From positions 55,216 through 119,215 of the IMG/VR virus record IMGVR_UViG_3300033070_001371: 64,000 nt of DNA; one strand, written 5' to 3'. Made by a program: the position numbers and the translations under genes. The notes beneath the pieces were generated by a model. It was not told where the DNA came from. It did not search any database and saw nothing but the letters and a program-made list of their open reading frames with translations. This stretch comes from a virus (lineage: Duplodnaviria > Caudoviricetes). Shown here in pieces: positions 8,297 to 18,922 of the stretch. Position 1 is the first letter of the stretch. Each line of letters begins with the position of its first letter.

Positions 8297-10891
8297 ATGA
8301 CCATGAACGGCTTCCCCCTCTCGCAGTCGCCCCGCACGCAGGGCTTCGCGCAGCCCACGAGCCCCGACGACGAGGAGGAGCTCTTCTCCAAGGGCTTCTC
8401 GGACCTCGCGTACCGAGCGTTCCAGAAGACACACCCCGAGCTCTACGGTGACCTCGTCTCGTTCCGTGTGTTGGCAACCGACGCGCCGAACGGCGAAGGC
8501 GTCGGCGCGTTCATTCTCAAGCGTGGTCCCGAAGTGTTGTTCGTCCCGTCGGTGATTGCGGATAACGCCGTAAAGCCGCTCGACATGATGTACGTCCGGT
8601 CCAAGGACCGCTTCTATCCGCTGACGTCCGAGTGGATCGAGAAGGCCACCTCGGGCGGCGTGAGTTCGCTCGGACAGGGCATCGAGCCTCCGAAGGACCT
8701 CAACACCGACGTGGACATCCGCAACGTCGTGGTGCCGCCGACGACGGGCCGCTACAGCTACGCCGACGAGTTCGATCCTGCGTCAGTGCGCGACGACGAA
8801 CTGCTCGACGTGTTTCGCGCGGCGTACGCCAACGAGAAGCGCGCAGCGAACGACGCCCCGCTCGTCTTCCCCGAGCTCGTGAGCCGCATGCCGGACACGA
8901 TCAAGACGGCGTTCGCAAAGTGGCTCAGCAAGCGACCGCAATACTTCCGCAAGATGGCTGAGGTCTACGGTGCGCGCGTACTGCGAGACGCCTTCGCAGT
9001 GCACGAAGCCCCTGCCAAGACGGCCGCCGGGTTGCACGACGAGGTCCCGCTCAAGCACGACGTCTACCTCGCTGTCGCGGGTATGCCGCTTCAGGAAGTT
9101 CGCAAGGAGATCGCACCGGGCGACGTACCCGAGGCGTACAAGGCGCTGCGCTACCACGGCTTCTACATCAAGGATCGGCGCGGCGCCGCGCTCAACGACG
9201 TCGCCGTCGGCGACGAAGAGACGCTCGCACTGACGGCCCCGGAGCACCCGGGTGTCTACCGCGTCTACCTCGCGGACGGCACGAGCGCGAAGGCGCTGGT
9301 TGTCCCGCACCCGGTCTGCGTGGCTCCTCCGAAGACCGACCATCAGGCAATGGCCTACGGCGCCTACGACCGCAAGACGATCCGCGACGTGACGCCGCCG
9401 TACAGCAGCGGCGACAAGAAGTACCTCGTGCTCCTCGCCGACGGACGCGGTGGTTGCGTTTCGGAACTCGTCGCTGAGCCCGTCGTCGCTGACTCATTCG
9501 ACGAAGTGGCGGCGATGCTCAAGTCGATGACGCGCGAAAGCCCGCAGGCCAATCAACATGGCGTGTTGATCTCGGCCGACGACCTGACGCTGCGCGCGAC
9601 GGAGCCCTTCTTCGCCGACCAGCCCACCTCGCGAGGCGACATGGTGTCGTTCGGCGCCGGGTACAACATGACCGCCGTGATCTCGAAAAAGATGCGCGGC
9701 TCGAAGGTCGTGGCGCCGCCCGCGCAGAACGTCATGGTCTTCCCGAACAGCTACCGCTGGTTCCCGATCAAAGAAGACATCTCTGAGCGTGATCTGCTCA
9801 CGCGTCCCCAGCTGATCGGGCGCGCGATCGAGGCGAAGATCGAGAAGACTGGCGCTGCGCGCATCAAGGTCGCCCGTGACCACGATGGGTTCCGTGTAGG
9901 CGAAGATCGCGCGAAACTCTCGCCGATCGAAGCCGTCGTGAAGGTCGCAAACCTGTACGGCGTAAGCGTCCCTGACGCCTCGCGCATCGTCGAAGCGGTG
10001 GCGAACGGTTTGGCGATCAACGCATGGGCGACGCCCAAGACTGCCGCGCCAAAGGGCGGCGGCGACGAAGCAGCGGCCGACCCGAGCCAGGACCCGAACG
10101 CGATGACAATGGACCCCAACGCGATGGCAGCTATGCAAGCGCCGCCGCAGCCGACGGGCATTGATCTCGCGATCTCAGAGAAGTTGCAGCTGATCGACCA
10201 ACAGCAGCAGAGCCTGGATCAGATGCGCCAGATGCTCACCGAGCTTCAGGGGCGTGCTCAGGGCATCGACCAAGGTGGCGGCGCAATGGCGGCCCCGATG
10301 GGTGCCGCTGGCATGATGGCAGGTCCCGCGCAGGCCGTGATGGGACAGCCTGCGATGGCACCGGTGCCCGGGATGTCGCCGCAGCAAGCGCCTCCGCAGG
10401 GCCCGCCGCAGGGCGCGCCCATGGAGGGCGGCGCTCCGATGCCCGGAGGCGATCCCAACGCGATGGCGATGCAGGGCGGCGATCCCAGCATGATGCAGGG
10501 ACAACCTCCTCCGCAGCCGGTCATGCCGAAGGAGCCCAACCCGGCTCTCTTCAGCGAACAGATTGCGCCTCAATTTTTGAATCAGGCGATGGAGCTCGAT
10601 CAAGACGGCGTGTTCGACGCGTCGGCCGTGGCATCGCTTGCGAACGTGCGCAGCATCCGCGACCTGCTCCAGAACTACACGCCCAGCCTCGACAACGCGC
10701 TCGACCGTCTCGGGCGCACGCTCTTGCTGCTCTACGTGAAGAGCAAGCAGATCCGTGAGCGAATCGGCGAAGAGGCGTACACCTCGCTGGAACAGGTCGT
10801 GCGTGACGTGTTCCGAATGCTGGGCGACGCGGTGCTGTCGCTGGAGCAGTACGGCGATCAACTGTTGCCCAGCGGTGCGCGCTCGGCATAA
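8297..10891 (+). CDS. Large head-module protein with Pro/Gln/Met/Gly low-complexity region
   Basis: GAGGAG SD; long ORF with GC3 bias; EKRAA, AKTAA, PKTAA motifs. Confidence 0.75.
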   Translation: MTMNGFPLSQSPRTQGFAQPTSPDDEEELFSKGFSDLAYRAFQKTHPELYGDLVSFRVLATDAPNGEGVGAFILKRGPEVLFVPSVIADNAVKPLDMMYVRSKDRFYPLTSEWIEKATSGGVSSLGQGIEPPKDLNTDVDIRNVVVPPTTGRYSYADEFDPASVRDDELLDVFRAAYANEKRAANDAPLVFPELVSRMPDTIKTAFAKWLSKRPQYFRKMAEVYGARVLRDAFAVHEAPAKTAAGLHDEVPLKHDVYLAVAGMPLQEVRKEIAPGDVPEAYKALRYHGFYIKDRRGAALNDVAVGDEETLALTAPEHPGVYRVYLADGTSAKALVVPHPVCVAPPKTDHQAMAYGAYDRKTIRDVTPPYSSGDKKYLVLLADGRGGCVSELVAEPVVADSFDEVAAMLKSMTRESPQANQHGVLISADDLTLRATEPFFADQPTSRGDMVSFGAGYNMTAVISKKMRGSKVVAPPAQNVMVFPNSYRWFPIKEDISERDLLTRPQLIGRAIEAKIEKTGAARIKVARDHDGFRVGEDRAKLSPIEAVVKVANLYGVSVPDASRIVEAVANGLAINAWATPKTAAPKGGGDEAAADPSQDPNAMTMDPNAMAAMQAPPQPTGIDLAISEKLQLIDQQQQSLDQMRQMLTELQGRAQGIDQGGGAMAAPMGAAGMMAGPAQAVMGQPAMAPVPGMSPQQAPPQGPPQGAPMEGGAPMPGGDPNAMAMQGGDPSMMQGQPPPQPVMPKEPNPALFSEQIAPQFLNQAMELDQDGVFDASAVASLANVRSIRDLLQNYTPSLDNALDRLGRTLLLLYVKSKQIRERIGEEAYTSLEQVVRDVFRMLGDAVLSLEQYGDQLLPSGARSA

Positions 10892-10900
10892 TCACTCATC

Positions 10901-11605
10901 ATGCGGCCTGCTATCGCGCCATGGCACAAGTACGAGGAGATCGCGGCGCTCGCGGAGAAGACGGGCGTGGAACCGCCATCGGACGCGCTCGACCTCGCGC
11001 TGTTTCGGCTGCTGCGCGGACAAGCCGAAGACGTCGTCGTGACAACGGCGTACGAGATCTTTCGGTCTTCGTACCGCCACGTCATGGATGCGCTGTGCTT
11101 GTGTGTCGCAAAGGACACCGAAGTCGAAGCAGCGTTGGAGTTGAAAGCGGGTGTTTACGCCGTTTACCGTACGCTCTTCTTCGATCGCACGGTGTTCGCC
11201 AGCGTGTTCGCGATGCGGCAATACGTCCAGCAGTTGCGACTGACCAAAGAAGAGCGAGAGATCTACGAGCTGGCATTGGTGGAAGGCGCGCCACGCCTGC
11301 TCGATCGCTATCGCCTCACGCCCCGCACGTCGCCGGACCCGCAGGAAGTGCTAGAGGACATGATGGGCGAAGCTCACAGCCGCGCGTTCGAGCATCGCGG
11401 CAAGCCCATCACCAGCAAGGTCGCGCAAGAATCCTTCAAGTGGGGACGCGCCGCCGCCGCAACAGCCGCCGCGATCAAGACATCGTCGTCGGCCAACCGC
11501 ATCTCTGACGCACTCGCGTCGCTGGAATTCGCGCTAACAAGCAAGAACTCAACGAAGACCCCCGAGGAGCTCGGCGTGGAACGTGACGAGATCATCAAGG
11601 GTTGA
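10901..11605 (+). CDS. Hypothetical protein
   Basis: ORF collinear with the operon. Confidence 0.65.
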   Translation: MRPAIAPWHKYEEIAALAEKTGVEPPSDALDLALFRLLRGQAEDVVVTTAYEIFRSSYRHVMDALCLCVAKDTEVEAALELKAGVYAVYRTLFFDRTVFASVFAMRQYVQQLRLTKEEREIYELALVEGAPRLLDRYRLTPRTSPDPQEVLEDMMGEAHSRAFEHRGKPITSKVAQESFKWGRAAAATAAAIKTSSSANRISDALASLEFALTSKNSTKTPEELGVERDEIIKG

Positions 11606-11633
11606 AAAGGCCCCTTACCTTTGAGGCACGCCG

Positions 11634-12485
11634 ATGGCTACATGGGATAACGCTGACTTCGACCGCGAGGCGACTGCTATCGCGCGCGCTTACTGGGCCG
11701 GCCGCGAGCAGAACGGCGCCGCGCTCAGCGAGCTCGCGACGAAGACCGCGCGCGACAACGGCCTCAACCCCGAACAGATCCGGCGCCTGTGCCGTAACGC
11801 CAACACCAAGGCGTTCGAGCAGAAGCACGCTGCCCTGAAGGGAGAGCCCGACCGTACGCCCAACTTCGAGCTTGCCGACCCTGAGTCAGTGATCGCCAGC
11901 CTCCACCAATCGGTGGCGTTGGCGCACACGAAACAAGCATCGGCCGAGTATCCTGATCTGCGGGACGAGTTCGCGCCTGCACTCGACCCGTCACTCTTCG
12001 CGCAGGAGAAGATCGCAGCGCTCACGCACGAGATCGACGGGTTCCTGGGACCGCGACGCTCCCCGCTGATTGAACTGCGCCGTGCGGAGAAGCTGGCGAG
12101 CGAGCTGGCAATCGAGCGCCACGCCCTCAACTTTGCGTGGGACGACGCGCTCAGCGTCATCGCGGCGCAGGCAAAGTTTCAAGGCTGGCGCCACGACGAC
12201 TTCGAGAAGAACGCCGTCGCGCTTTTCGGCGCCGACGTGCTCCCAGAGCTAAACGCCGTGCGCCACCGCTGCCGCCTCGGCGCACTCGGCGACGGCGCCG
12301 CCGAGGATGAAGTTGCGGCGAAACTCGCCGCGTTGCAAGACACGTGGGTTGGAGTGCCTGACGCGCTGACGGCGAAACTGAAGGAAGCCATGGACGTGCG
12401 CGCCAAGTTCGCGTCGCTCGTCGCGCGCCAAGAGGAGGTCGCGACCACGATTGCGAACCTCAAGAAGGTCGTGCGCCATGGATGA
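11634..12485 (+). CDS. Hypothetical head-module protein
   Basis: TKQAS, EKIAA, EKLAS, AKLAA motifs. Confidence 0.7.
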   Translation: MATWDNADFDREATAIARAYWAGREQNGAALSELATKTARDNGLNPEQIRRLCRNANTKAFEQKHAALKGEPDRTPNFELADPESVIASLHQSVALAHTKQASAEYPDLRDEFAPALDPSLFAQEKIAALTHEIDGFLGPRRSPLIELRRAEKLASELAIERHALNFAWDDALSVIAAQAKFQGWRHDDFEKNAVALFGADVLPELNAVRHRCRLGALGDGAAEDEVAAKLAALQDTWVGVPDALTAKLKEAMDVRAKFASLVARQEEVATTIANLKKVVRHG

Positions 12486-13791
12486 TGCCGTCGCGAAGGA
12501 AGTTCTCGCGCACATCGACGTCGCGCTAGAGAAGAACGCCAACATCTTTCACCAACTCGGCGCCGGCCTGCGCGGCCTCCGCACTGGCGCGTCCCAGGTT
12601 GCGCACAACCAGAAGTCGCGCGCGGCGCTCCAAGGCGCGGTCAACACGCTCCATGCGCACGGCTCGTTGCCGATGAACGTCACGCACGGTGTCGTTCAGC
12701 CGTTGCCGATGGGTGTCGGCGTTGGCGACAAAGCTCCCGGAGTATTCGCGCGCGCAGGCGAGAAGCTGCGCGGCGCGCTGGCGGGTGCGAAACAAGAGTT
12801 CGGAGCTACGCGCGCCGCTGACAAAGCTGTCGAACGTTTCCGACAGGTGCAGCAGGGTGAGTCCGAGCTGCGCAACGCTGCGCAGGTCGCGCAGCAGCAC
12901 GGCCTGCACGCTGATCCACTCAAAGGCCACCTCGACTACTCGAAGATGTCGCCTGAGCAGTACCTCCAGATGCACGGCCACGCGGTGCCCGCGCACCACC
13001 AGACGCCGCGCCCTGCGCCCGCCACCCCAGCCGCCACCCCTGCGGCAGCTGCACCTCCTCCGCAGGTACCAGCCCCACAAACAGCCGGGCCCCAGGCGCC
13101 GGGAAGCAGCGCGATCCCTGGGTCCAGCGGCGCGCCGTCCGGCGTTCCGTACGGCGTAAACCCTCCTGCACAAGAGAGCTGGGTGTCACGCAATGCGGCG
13201 CCGCTCGCGCTCGCGGCTGGCAGCGCGGCGCTCGGTACGTCTATGCTCCGAGGAGGACCGGCTGCGGCCGAGCAGGACGCCCGGATGCGTGACTACATGA
13301 GAAACGCACAGCAGAACATGACGACGCCAATGCCGTCGATGGCTGTCTACGCCAGCTACGACCAGTTCGCCGAAGAAAAGCGCGCAGCGTATGCGCCGGT
13401 CTACCCGACGATGCAAGGCGCGATGGCGAACTCCTTGGCCAACCAGCTGGCCACGAAGTTCGTCGGCGAACCGATCGACGCCGTGCAGAAGGTGCTGAAG
13501 AAGAAGCTCTACGACGAGCCGAAGCACCGCGAGGCGTTCCAACAGGCGCTGGAGGGCGACGAGATGCTCCAGGCTGAGCATCGCGACAATCCACAAGGTC
13601 TCGCTGACACGTTCCACACGCTGAAGACCTTCGCGCCTTCGATCGCCAAGAACCCGCTCGCGACGCGTACGTTCTTGCGGCAGGCCACGATGTCCAAGAT
13701 GCACGGCACCGGACCGGACTTCGCGACGATCCGACTCATGACCGAAACCGAGAAGTTCATTCAGAACGCGAAGGGACGCGGCACGCCATGA
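12478..13791 (+). CDS. Hypothetical protein (Pro/Ala linker, hydrophobic segment)
   Basis: Overlaps upstream stop; EKNAN, EKRAA. Confidence 0.7.
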   Translation: MDDAVAKEVLAHIDVALEKNANIFHQLGAGLRGLRTGASQVAHNQKSRAALQGAVNTLHAHGSLPMNVTHGVVQPLPMGVGVGDKAPGVFARAGEKLRGALAGAKQEFGATRAADKAVERFRQVQQGESELRNAAQVAQQHGLHADPLKGHLDYSKMSPEQYLQMHGHAVPAHHQTPRPAPATPAATPAAAAPPPQVPAPQTAGPQAPGSSAIPGSSGAPSGVPYGVNPPAQESWVSRNAAPLALAAGSAALGTSMLRGGPAAAEQDARMRDYMRNAQQNMTTPMPSMAVYASYDQFAEEKRAAYAPVYPTMQGAMANSLANQLATKFVGEPIDAVQKVLKKKLYDEPKHREAFQQALEGDEMLQAEHRDNPQGLADTFHTLKTFAPSIAKNPLATRTFLRQATMSKMHGTGPDFATIRLMTETEKFIQNAKGRGTP

Positions 13792-14018
13792 ACATCAACA
13801 CGCTCGTCTCACCGCGCCTGCGCGCGGCGCTGCGCACTCACGGGTGGTCGAAGCTCGCGTTCGAGGTCGTCCACCTTCAGGGAGGCTACCCGCCGTCCGC
13901 GCCGACGCTGCCGGAGGTCGTCAAGGCCCTGTCCGTGAAGATCGCGGTCGACCATGTCAATCAAGGCATCGTCCGCGACGGCATCGCGGCGTACAAGGAG
14001 CTGCACGGTGAACGCTAA
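13788..14018 (+). CDS. Small hypothetical protein
   Basis: ATGA coupling; SKLAF, VKIAV. Confidence 0.55.
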   Translation: MNINTLVSPRLRAALRTHGWSKLAFEVVHLQGGYPPSAPTLPEVVKALSVKIAVDHVNQGIVRDGIAAYKELHGER

Positions 14019-14760
14019 CGCCGTAAAGACCCGCGAGGCGCGGGCGCTCTGGGGTGCCGTGAAAGCGGCTGCGGTGCGTCGCGGACCTGCGCTGCTCGAC
14101 GGCCTCGCGTCCCTCGCGCTGGAAGCGTGGGCGACGAGTGACGCCGGCACCAAGCTCAGCGAAGACCGCGCGACGCGCGAGGCGTTCGTCGCGTCGCTTG
14201 TCGGTGCCGCCCTTGTCGACGCAACGCTCGACAAGCTGGCTGCCGAAGGCGCGTACACCACACCTGAAGTCGAGTTCTTGCGGGACCTGAACGCAGAAGC
14301 TGCTCTACGTGATCTCGCCCGCTTCCAGAAGAACGCAGGGTTCGCGTCGAGTCTGCTCGCCGCAATCAAAAGCCACCCTGCCGCTGTAGGTTCGGTCGGA
14401 GGCGGTCTCGCGGGTGCGGGATTCGGCGCCTACGCCGATGACGACGATCGCCTGCGAGGCGCACTGCGCTTCGGCCTTCCAGGCGCAGCAATGGGTGCGA
14501 TGCTCGGACACGGGGCAGGACAACTCAGCGCCGAGATGCGCGAGGAGCGCGCCGCTGACGCCGCAAAGGCACTCGAAGGTACTCGCGCACAAGAACTGCA
14601 CGCTGCACGGCTCAAGGCGCTCGCACAGCAGGCGAAGGATCGCAAGCGCACGGCCGTCGAGATCGCGCGCGACGCAGAACTTCATGCGGCGCGACTGAAG
14701 CTCATGAAGGCGCAGACCGAAGCCGCGAACCGCGCAGGCAAGTCGCGCGTTCGTCCCTAG
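14008..14760 (+). CDS. Glycine-zipper-containing protein
   Basis: GTG start inferred; GSVGGGLAGAGFGA and GLPGAAMGAMLGHGAG. Confidence 0.6.
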   Translation: MNANAVKTREARALWGAVKAAAVRRGPALLDGLASLALEAWATSDAGTKLSEDRATREAFVASLVGAALVDATLDKLAAEGAYTTPEVEFLRDLNAEAALRDLARFQKNAGFASSLLAAIKSHPAAVGSVGGGLAGAGFGAYADDDDRLRGALRFGLPGAAMGAMLGHGAGQLSAEMREERAADAAKALEGTRAQELHAARLKALAQQAKDRKRTAVEIARDAELHAARLKLMKAQTEAANRAGKSRVRP

Positions 14761-14796
14761 TACGTCGCTGCCCAGCAGTCGTATCTTTCCCTCGCG

Positions 14797-16704
14797 ATGG
14801 ACAAGCTCCTGGAATTGGACGAACGCTTCCCCAAGACAGGGGAGCCAACGGTGCAGCTGGTCGCGTGGCGCGGAGCGCGCGGCGGCCTGAGCATCGAGAA
14901 GCGCGCATTCACCGAGAGCCGTTCACCGCTCTACGACTTTCTCTCCACGGTGCAGCCTGAAGCTGGCGTCTCGTACATCCTCGTCAACGCGCTCGGCGCG
15001 TACGAGTTCTACGACGACAATCGCAACGGCGACGGCTTCCCGAACGCGCCGTACAAGGTCGGCGAGCTCGCGGCGTGCGGGCATCCAGAGTGCACTGGAT
15101 CGCTCGACGGCTGGATCGCAGAGCCCGAGACGCTCCACCACCACTACCAGTCGTTCGAGAAGCACGGCGGCATCTACAAGCACCACGTCAACAAGGACCC
15201 GACGAAGTCGCTGGGCTGGATCAACAAGGCGCTGCTCAACCCGTACATGCACCGGGTCGAGCTGCTGCTGAAGTTCGTCAACGGCCGCGACCCGGAGATC
15301 GCCCAGCGCATCGGCGACGGCGACTTCCCCGCCGTGTCGATGGGGTGTCACGTGCGCTGGGATGTCTGCACGATCTGCGGACACCGCGCCCCGACGCGCG
15401 CGCAGTACTGCGAGCACGCGCTGCGCATGCTGCGACGGGTGTTGCCCGACGGTCGCAAGGTCGCGGTGCTCAACCCGAGCCCGAAGTTCTTCGACATCAG
15501 CTTCGTTTTCCGACCGGCGGACCCCACGGGCTGGATGATGAAGAAGGTCGCGGGCGAAGCGCCGCTGCGCTACAGCGCCGACCTCGGCGAGCAGCTGCGC
15601 GCGTACGAGGCCCGCGCGATCAAGATCCGCACCGGTCGCGAGAAGACGGCCGAAGCCCTCGGCGGATCTTACGGCGTACAGGCCGCGAGCCTAGTGCGCG
15701 AGTGGCCGCGTCTACCAGACGCCGTCTACGCGGCAGCCAAGACGGCGGGCGTGACGAGCACGCTGGCGTCGCTCGCGGCGTGCGGCGTCGTGCTTGCGAC
15801 GGGTGAAGTTATCGACCTGTTCGCGAAGTCGGCGGGCGTCACGCCGACCGATGCCGACTTGGACCGGCTTGTCGCACTGGAGCCTGTGCTGACCGAAGTC
15901 GTAGCGCGCTACCCCGAGGTCGAAACGAAGCTCGGCTCGCTGGTCGCGTTGCGCGTCGATGCCGTGCGAGACGAACTCGTTGATCCGCTCGGAGGGTGGG
16001 TCGAAAAGCGCGGGGGCCTCGCCGACTACCTCCGCCAGCATGCGTACGCGCCGAGCGAATTGGGGCAGCTACCGATCGGTCCGGGCGCGTACTACCGCGC
16101 AACCGAGCCGGCGAAGACCGATATGTTCACGCTCTCCGATCCGTATACAGGTCGTCAGTACCAGACGACGCGGGGCGCAGCGATGGCGGCGCACGACGAG
16201 GACGTGAAAGCACAGCTCGGCTCGACCGCGCTGCTCGGCGCGCTCTACGCAGGCGGCCTGCGCGCCGCGCTCGGCCCTGGAGCCGGTGTGTGGTCGCTGC
16301 CGGCGGGCCTCGCGGCGGGGTACGCAACGCATCGCGCGCTGCGCAAGCGCTTCCGTCCCTACCGCTACAGCCGATACATCACCGACCAAGGCGTCCCCGT
16401 GTCGGGCGGAACGGAGTTCGTGAAGGTCTCGGCGTTCGAGCGCCCCGCGCGCGCCGACGTCGTGCACAAGGCCGCGTTTGACCTCGTCGAACGTGTCGGC
16501 CGTGCGGACTACGACGCCTTGCTGGCAAAGATTGCCCGCGACGGCGGCGCTGCTTACGCGCGGTGGCTCGCGGAAACCCCGCTGAGTGAAAAAGTCGCCG
16601 CGCTCGTCGCGGGTGCGGAGATCGAAACCGGCGACGCGCACGGCGCGCCGGGTCTGAATGTCGCGCGACTCGTCTCGAACATCAGTCGCTGCGTTTGGCG
16701 CTGA
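14797..16704 (+). CDS. Putative prohead (capsid maturation) protease with C-terminal extension
   Basis: NRNGDGF, YKHHVNKD, VSMGCHVRWDVCTICGH...YCEH, FFDISFVFRPAD match the Zn-finger-containing phage maturation protease pattern; lies upstream of scaffold and capsid genes. Confidence 0.7.
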   Translation: MDKLLELDERFPKTGEPTVQLVAWRGARGGLSIEKRAFTESRSPLYDFLSTVQPEAGVSYILVNALGAYEFYDDNRNGDGFPNAPYKVGELAACGHPECTGSLDGWIAEPETLHHHYQSFEKHGGIYKHHVNKDPTKSLGWINKALLNPYMHRVELLLKFVNGRDPEIAQRIGDGDFPAVSMGCHVRWDVCTICGHRAPTRAQYCEHALRMLRRVLPDGRKVAVLNPSPKFFDISFVFRPADPTGWMMKKVAGEAPLRYSADLGEQLRAYEARAIKIRTGREKTAEALGGSYGVQAASLVREWPRLPDAVYAAAKTAGVTSTLASLAACGVVLATGEVIDLFAKSAGVTPTDADLDRLVALEPVLTEVVARYPEVETKLGSLVALRVDAVRDELVDPLGGWVEKRGGLADYLRQHAYAPSELGQLPIGPGAYYRATEPAKTDMFTLSDPYTGRQYQTTRGAAMAAHDEDVKAQLGSTALLGALYAGGLRAALGPGAGVWSLPAGLAAGYATHRALRKRFRPYRYSRYITDQGVPVSGGTEFVKVSAFERPARADVVHKAAFDLVERVGRADYDALLAKIARDGGAAYARWLAETPLSEKVAALVAGAEIETGDAHGAPGLNVARLVSNISRCVWR

Positions 16705-16728
16705 CTACCCTACGGAAGGAGAGCCACC

Positions 16729-17325
16729 ATGAACCTCGAAGACACGCTCCACAAGAAGATGCCGAAGAACGCCAGCGCGCAGCCCACCGCTGCGCCCGAC
16801 GGCAAGCCTGCCACCAAGACGGCGAGCGCAGTGGCCGACGCGCTCGCGTCCGTGACGCAGCCCTCCACCAAGACGGCGGCCGAGACGAGCCCGGCGGGTG
16901 CGGCGGCCCCTCTGTTCGACAAGCTCGCGGCAGAGCTCGCGGCGCAGGACCAGGAGGGCTCGCTCAAGCTGGCTCAGCTCTACGGCGCCAGCATCGCAGA
17001 CGGATTCATGTCGCAGCTCGGCATGTACGAGAAGGTCGCCGAGAGCCTCGTCTCGCAGCAGGCCGAGAAGGTCGCAGGCGCGGCGGGCACGCGCCAGGGT
17101 GACGTGTATCTCGACCCCGAGATGGTCGCGCTCGTGAAGGAGGCACAGGAGAACCCGCGCGCCTTTCTCGCGCGTGTGCAAAAGGCGGCCGAAGCCGAAG
17201 AAGCACAGCTCAAGGAGGCCGAGGACAAGGAAGCCGCCGAGCTGGAGCAGGTGGTCCAGGTCAAGGCCGCCGAGCACTACGCCCACGGCTACGAGATCGG
17301 CAAGCTCTTGGTGGGCGCGGGATGA
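16729..17325 (+). CDS. Scaffold-like coiled-coil protein
   Basis: AAGGAGAG SD; Ala/Glu-rich; about 9 K-x-A motifs; between protease and capsid. Confidence 0.6.
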   Translation: MNLEDTLHKKMPKNASAQPTAAPDGKPATKTASAVADALASVTQPSTKTAAETSPAGAAAPLFDKLAAELAAQDQEGSLKLAQLYGASIADGFMSQLGMYEKVAESLVSQQAEKVAGAAGTRQGDVYLDPEMVALVKEAQENPRAFLARVQKAAEAEEAQLKEAEDKEAAELEQVVQVKAAEHYAHGYEIGKLLVGAG

Positions 17326-17510
17326 ACGCCGAACGCCGCCAAGCGCTGATCGAGGCGCACCGCGACCTGCGCAAGGAGGCGTTCGAGGCCGTCGCTCCGA
17401 AGGTCGCGGAGTACTTCCGTGACGCCGAAGCCGCACTCGGAGAAGCGAAGCACGCTTCCGAGAGTGCGGCCTTCGATCCCACCCTCCGCCGCCACCTCGT
17501 GGAGCCGTAG
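17322..17510 (+). CDS. Small hypothetical protein
   Basis: ATGA coupling; RKEAF, PKVAE, AKHAS. Confidence 0.55.
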   Translation: MNAERRQALIEAHRDLRKEAFEAVAPKVAEYFRDAEAALGEAKHASESAAFDPTLRRHLVEP

Positions 17511-17891
17511 ATGCCAACCCTCGACGAAACCCTGCGCACGCTGCCCCGGGCGTCTCGCCCGACAACCAAGACCGCTTCCGTGCTACCGGAGTCGCTCGCG
17601 GGACAGGTGCGAGCCCTGGCTGGCGCGCTGCGCGACCTGCCCGAGCCTCGAATCACGTGGGGGAGCCTGAACGCCGTAAAGATGGCAGGCTTCCGCTCAC
17701 CGCCGCCCGCGCCCCCCGCGCGAGAGGTACCGGAGGACGACGACCGTCCCAGTGCGCCGCTGCGAAAGTTGGCGCACGCCGTACGGAGCGCCGAGGACTT
17801 GCGTGCCGTACAGCTCTTCGAGAAGTCCGCCCTCGCGCTGCGTGCGGTGCGGGGTCTTACACTCCTTCGCGAACGGATCTCGTCGCCATGA
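17511..17891 (+). CDS. Hypothetical protein
   Basis: Abuts upstream stop; TKTAS, VKMAG, RKLAH, EKSAL. Confidence 0.6.
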   Translation: MPTLDETLRTLPRASRPTTKTASVLPESLAGQVRALAGALRDLPEPRITWGSLNAVKMAGFRSPPPAPPAREVPEDDDRPSAPLRKLAHAVRSAEDLRAVQLFEKSALALRAVRGLTLLRERISSP

Positions 17892-18274
17892 CCACCGCGC
17901 TCACCAAGATCGCCTCCGCCCTGGACCTGCTCGCTGATGAACTCGACGCGCAGCCCGTCGCGGCGCCTCCGGCCGCAACGCCGGAAGCGAAGACTGCCAG
18001 CAGCGTGGACCTCATGCGCGAGCTGTACCGACAGCACACTGGCGAAGACCTTCCTGCCGCTGTACGGGACAAGCTCGCGGCGGCCGACGACCCTGAGATG
18101 CAATCTGTCTTCGGCAAGATGTTGAAGACGGCTGCGCCTGAGCGCCCGACGCCCCTGGGCGCGCCGAGTGAAACGCGTGCCCTCGACGCAGCGCCCGCAA
18201 ACAGCGCCGAAGCCACCAAGCTGGCGTGGGACGCGTTCGAGGACACCATCCTCAACGGGACCGACAACGACTGA
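17888..18274 (+). CDS. Hypothetical scaffold-like protein
   Basis: ATGA coupling; TKIAS, AKTAS, DKLAA, LKTAA, TKLAW. Confidence 0.6.
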   Translation: MTTALTKIASALDLLADELDAQPVAAPPAATPEAKTASSVDLMRELYRQHTGEDLPAAVRDKLAAADDPEMQSVFGKMLKTAAPERPTPLGAPSETRALDAAPANSAEATKLAWDAFEDTILNGTDND

Positions 18275-18333
18275 AGCGACGACCCGCGCCGCGCCTCCGC
18301 GACGACTAACATCCACGACGAGGTAGTGATCCA

Positions 18334-18852
18334 ATGAAGCTCAACTCGAACTACGACCTGATCTCCGCAGAGCCGAACCCGGGCGGCCGTGCCGCGCTGT
18401 GGATCTCGGACGCTCTTGCGCAGGAAGCTGCCACCGCGATCGACGCAGGCATCGGCGTCACCACGCCCGACACGCAAGGCACCCCCCAACCGGGTACCGT
18501 GGTGCCCGGCATGTGCGTGGCGCTCAACGGCAACGGCTACTGGGACCTCGCGACGTCGCCGACGCTCGGCACGCCCTCTCTGCCCCTCGCGATGGGCTTC
18601 GTGCACGGCGGCGACGACGACTACGACGGCGCCATGCTCGGCAAGCTCGTCGTGCTCACCGGCACTGCTGAGTTCCTGACGGACCAGTTCAACGGAGCGA
18701 GCTTCCCGCCGGGCACCCCGCTGGTCGCGAACGCCGGCAAGTTCGAGGCGAAGACCAACGCCGCGTCGACCCTCCAAGTCGTGGGCTTCGTCGGCAACCG
18801 TGGTCTCGCCAATGGCGTCCTCCACGTGATGTTCTCCGGGCTGCGAGGCTGA
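18334..18852 (+). CDS. Putative capsid decoration/cement protein
   Basis: GAGG SD; small Gly-rich beta-type protein directly upstream of the capsid gene. Confidence 0.55.
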   Translation: MKLNSNYDLISAEPNPGGRAALWISDALAQEAATAIDAGIGVTTPDTQGTPQPGTVVPGMCVALNGNGYWDLATSPTLGTPSLPLAMGFVHGGDDDYDGAMLGKLVVLTGTAEFLTDQFNGASFPPGTPLVANAGKFEAKTNAASTLQVVGFVGNRGLANGVLHVMFSGLRG

Positions 18853-18922
18853 TCGCGCGCTCGCGCGGTCGACACACAATCGAGGGCACTAACCTCTACA
18901 ACGAGATCGGGAGACGACGACG